Source of the DNA: Octopus sinensis
Lineage: Eukaryota
Assembly: GCF_006345805.1 (NCBI RefSeq)
Contig: NC_043005.1
Span: 5,022,001 to 5,086,000, forward strand
DNA: 64,000 nt
Direction: 5' to 3'
Part shown: piece after piece, positions 63,706 through 64,000 of the stretch
How the letters are laid out: every line of letters starts with the position of its first letter
How positions within the stretch are numbered: the first letter of the stretch is position 1
Program-made: the position numbers and the translations under genes
Notes under the pieces: generated by a model
Seen by the model: only the letters and a program-made list of their open reading frames with translations
What the model was told of the DNA's origin: nothing
Database searches by the model: none

Positions 63706-64000
63706 GGTCAGTCATGAAAATTACTGAGAGGGTTATAGCTCAATTGATTGGAAATAGAATTAAACTAGAAGAGATGCAGTTTGATTGTGTACCTGGGAAG
63801 AGTACCACAGGTGCCATCTTCCTAGTGAGACAGTTACAGGAAAAGTACTTGGCCAAAAAGTAAACCATTGTTCTTAGCCTTCATCTACCTAGAGAAAGCT
63901 TTTGACAGAGTTCCTTGCTATGTTATATGGTGGTCTCTAAGCAAGTTAGGAGTAGAGGAGTGGCTTGTTAGAGCTGTACAAGCCATGTACAGTGGTGCTG
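63706..64000 (+). mobile_element. RTE LINE RT domain fragment running off the window end
   Basis: VMKITERVI...MQF..VPGKSTTGAIFLVRQLQEKYLA [frameshift near 63858] KPLFLAFIYLEKAFDRVP..VIWWSL.KLGV. Confidence 0.9.

Overview
AT-rich, repeat-dominated eukaryotic DNA. The SINE, LINE and microsatellite complement looks like a cephalopod (Octopus-type) genome; this is an inference. No complete protein-coding gene can be supported, and most supplied ORFs are microsatellite or transposon artefacts. The window is a mosaic of 5'-truncated RTE LINEs, CR1-like LINEs (one nearly intact RT frame at 53943-55681), R4/Dong-like and Penelope-like (GIY-YIG) retroelement fragments, three or four tRNA-derived SINE families, Tc1/mariner relics and MITEs, Helitrons and very long (TA)n arrays. 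Notable points: (i) at least five hammerhead-ribozyme folds of the Penelope-associated minimal type with palindromic stem III, several with long stem-II inserts or a CCGAUGA core variant, plus decayed relics next to Penelope fragments; (ii) a 768-bp almost fully palindromic foldback element with an 8-bp target-site duplication; (iii) a twin-priming-like inversion in a Penelope-like element; (iv) a small duplication-inversion-duplication rearrangement; (v) modular SINEs sharing a 3' stem-loop with the CR1-like LINE; (vi) a chain of phase-1 micro-exon candidates on the minus strand from an unidentified host gene. All coordinates were counted by eye, so element boundaries may be off by a few bases.
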